Positions 33,791 through 36,385 of a stretch of DNA of 36,385 nucleotides are shown piece after piece. This stretch comes from Selaginella moellendorffii (taxonomy: Eukaryota > Plantae > Lycopodiophyta), in contig NW_003314420.1 in assembly GCF_000143415.4 (NCBI RefSeq), positions 214,560 to 250,944 on the forward strand, given 5' to 3'. A program made the translations under genes and the position numbers. Positions within the stretch are counted from its first letter, which is position 1, and each line of letters starts with the position of its first letter. The notes beneath the pieces were generated by a model that worked only from the letters and a program-made list of their open reading frames with translations, ran no database searches and was not told where the DNA came from.

Positions 33791-36385
33791 ATGAGCAAGG
33801 GAGCATCCCCGGCTGGAAAAGGACCTATAATATCCAAAGGAACTCCTGCGCCACCTCGTTCAAAGGATGGCAAGGTGAAGACGCCAATGAATTTTGTCAA
33901 CATGCTCATTCCCTCGTACAGGACCCTCCATTGCCTTCGTTTCCTATCACCTGGACTTCAATGGGGATGTGTGTTGAATGTGTGGAGCCCTATCTCAACG
34001 TCACTAAACTGATAGAGTTAGTAAACGCTGCAACACTTCCAGATTTGAGTGTCACACTCGTTGACGCTCAGGAAATGGCTGAAGAGGTAATTCTATATGT
34101 ATCAGCCCTAGACCCAAACATAAGTGCAGGAAATGTATGTCGAAGATTCTCAACTTGGAGCAGCTTTAAAGGAAGCCAAAAAGGTGGGATTTATTGCACC
34201 GCAGCGTTCAATAAAGGTCGCTTTGCAGGATTTTACTGATAAAAAGAAAGAACCTTTGAAGGAGAACTGGGTCCCTCCAGAATCACTCTCACAACTTCTA
34301 GCTGGTAGCTCTACATAATACAGTGATTTGAAAATTTTCAAGTTTTTCTGTTCAGTAAGGTCAAAATTGGACAATGACTATGAGCACAGACAAGAAGAAA
34401 TCAGAAGAGACATTGCATTGTCAAAAGCAAAGAAGGCTTTTGAAGTACTCTTTCTTGCCAACATTTAGTTCATTGTTTATTTTTCTTTCAGGACGCCAAA
34501 TTAGCTGTAGAAGATGCCGAAACTCATTTAGCAGCCTCAAAAATTGCAGTCAAAGACTATATAGAGCAAGAAAGGTTGCGAATTAAAGCTGAAAAAGAAA
34601 TGAAAGATGCGGGGAAAGAAGCATCACCTGAACCAAAAACCAAAGCGCCTCTCACCAAAGGTAGGTTTTCATAGTTATACAAAGCCATAACATTCTATGT
34701 AGGCAAGGACGCTAAAAACAAAGAATCGGTGGCTCCTATCCTGGACTTCAAAACCGAGCTTCTGAGATTAAGACAAGTGGTTGCTGACGCAGAGAAAAAT
34801 CTTCAGGAATTACAACAAAAAGTGAGCTATTAAAAAAGTCACTACTTCCAAAAACATGCTTATTTCTCAGGTAATAGAATGTCAATCAACGGAGGCTACA
34901 ACAGAGTCATCTTTACTGTCTCCATACGTCACAGGACGATTATATTGGTGCCTTATTAACGCAGCAAGCTCGGAATATCTTGCCAGCGTGGCTGCAGCGG
35001 AAAAGCCCATGTTTGGTGCTCTTTTCTATATTGCTCCAAGATATATATTGCCACCTCAAGAAGAGCTGTCTATCCCACCATTGCTGGATACTACACCTGT
35101 GCTAGTTTCCGATCTTAGGAAGCTCAGAGAAATATCTCAGCTATTCGAACCAGCGAGAAAGGTTGCCATTGTCGACGTACGCTATGATAAAGTGTCTGCT
35201 GCTCCAGTGGAGTCCTCTTCGGATCAGAAGAAGGTCAAGGACAAAAAGACCGATAAAAGAGGATTAGTTGATGATACCTCTGTTCCGTACGACACTATTG
35301 CAACAACTTTATCCGCAGCATTTAAAAGTTTTCTTATTCAAGTCCAAGACTTTCAAGAAATTCGGAAGCATGCTGTCGATGTTAGCGTTCCAGATGCGGT
35401 GTCAACCAAGGTTGAGAAACTGATCGTCTTAATACTTCTAATCCTACAAGTAAATGCAGGAATTGGACATGTCACATTATAAAAAGCTTATATCATTCGT
35501 TCCAGAAGCCATGGTTAGCGTTTCTATAATCTTACACTGCATGCTCGAGCAAATCAGTGAAATGCTACTAGCCAAATTGGAAATTAAAAGCACATTTTGC
35601 AGAAGCACAGGGGAGGTGATTAGAGAAAGCTTTAATAGGACGGGTCATTCTGGCAAAGAGGATTGTCCAGTCACGTGTTCGAGTTGTTGTCAGTGTTATA
35701 GATGCCTAATAACAAAAGAAGGTCCGGATCCGCTTATAGTAGTGAATGAGGGCGACAAAGTGGGCCTTCTTACTGCCACAATGCTTAAAAGCAAGCTTGA
35801 ATCAACGACAAAATGGTCTGCCGCCGCTGCACTTGATATTGTAGAAATCGAAAACCAGATGATACGTCTCCTTCCAACTCCAGGTTTGTTTGTTCTTTTT
35901 GCGCACCCCTATAATAATGTCAAATTCTGATTATAGGACTTAACAGAAGGGGAATGCCTACTAAGGCAGGGCTAGGGAAGGAAAGGAAAGGAGCGTTTGC
36001 AACTGCTCTTAATTCATCAAGCCATGGATTCTTTTCAAAAACTGAACGTTTCAGAAAATTGGTAGCTTTATTCAAATAACTTTTCAAAAATTAAGAATTT
36101 ATGTTTTTTTAGAACTTGTTTTCATCGATGTTTCCTGCGGAGGATATTGATGCAAATAGTATTATTAACCGTTATCAGATAGAGAGATTGCCTGACACGG
36201 TACTTGGTCAAGTTTTCTCAAACGCGAGACTATCTTTACCGTTTCAAGTGATGCGGTACGACCAAGATGATGATTGTGTCCTGTCAGCTTTATATGTCAA
36301 AGAAGGAAAGCACTTGTGGAAGCACCAAATTAATTGCCAGGCATGTTCATCCTCAAAGCTTATCCTTGTTGCTTCTATTAATTGC
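33791..36385 (+). CDS. SPAG17: SPAG17/PF6-like central-pair (C1a projection) protein, 5' portion; continues beyond the window
   Basis: In-frame spliced exons 33791-33874, 33922-34086, 34130-34304, 34356-... are separated by 43-51-bp GT-AG introns. ELDMSHYKKLISFVPEAMVSVSIILHCMLEQI matches the conserved SPAG17/PF6 motif DxxxYxxLLxxIxExxxSVPLILHCMLEQV. K/E-rich segments are present. The assignment rests mainly on this one motif. Confidence 0.8.

Overview
Eukaryotic land-plant genomic DNA. Introns of 41-61 bp, flagellar genes (SPAG17/PF6-like, SHIPPO/ODF3-like) and CYP88, phototropin and F-box/kelch sequences suggest a compact genome with flagellated sperm, such as Selaginella (inference). The window has three parts. 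(1) About 1-23.2 kb is an AT-rich Helitron and gene-fragment graveyard. It holds a decayed Helitron Rep/PIF1-helicase with an intact 3' hairpin+CTAG at 9684, and a second antisense helicase remnant. It also holds fragments of cytosolic MDH, phototropin (x2), CYP88/KAO-like P450 (x2, in a diverged 3-4 kb duplication), an F-box/kelch pseudogene and an F-box fragment. Several modules begin with the same 'head' sequence directly after a CTAG. (2) About 23.2-28 kb holds an (AT)~98 microsatellite and a 1143-bp solo LTR with a near-perfect 5-bp TSD and an internal 12-bp tandem array. (3) About 28-36.4 kb is a dense block of three intact genes: a 1320-aa single-ORF protein with 33 PGP (SHIPPO/STPG) repeats, an At4g08455-type BTB gene, and the 5' part of a SPAG17/PF6-like gene that runs off the window. 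All family assignments come from motifs recognised by eye; no searches were run.
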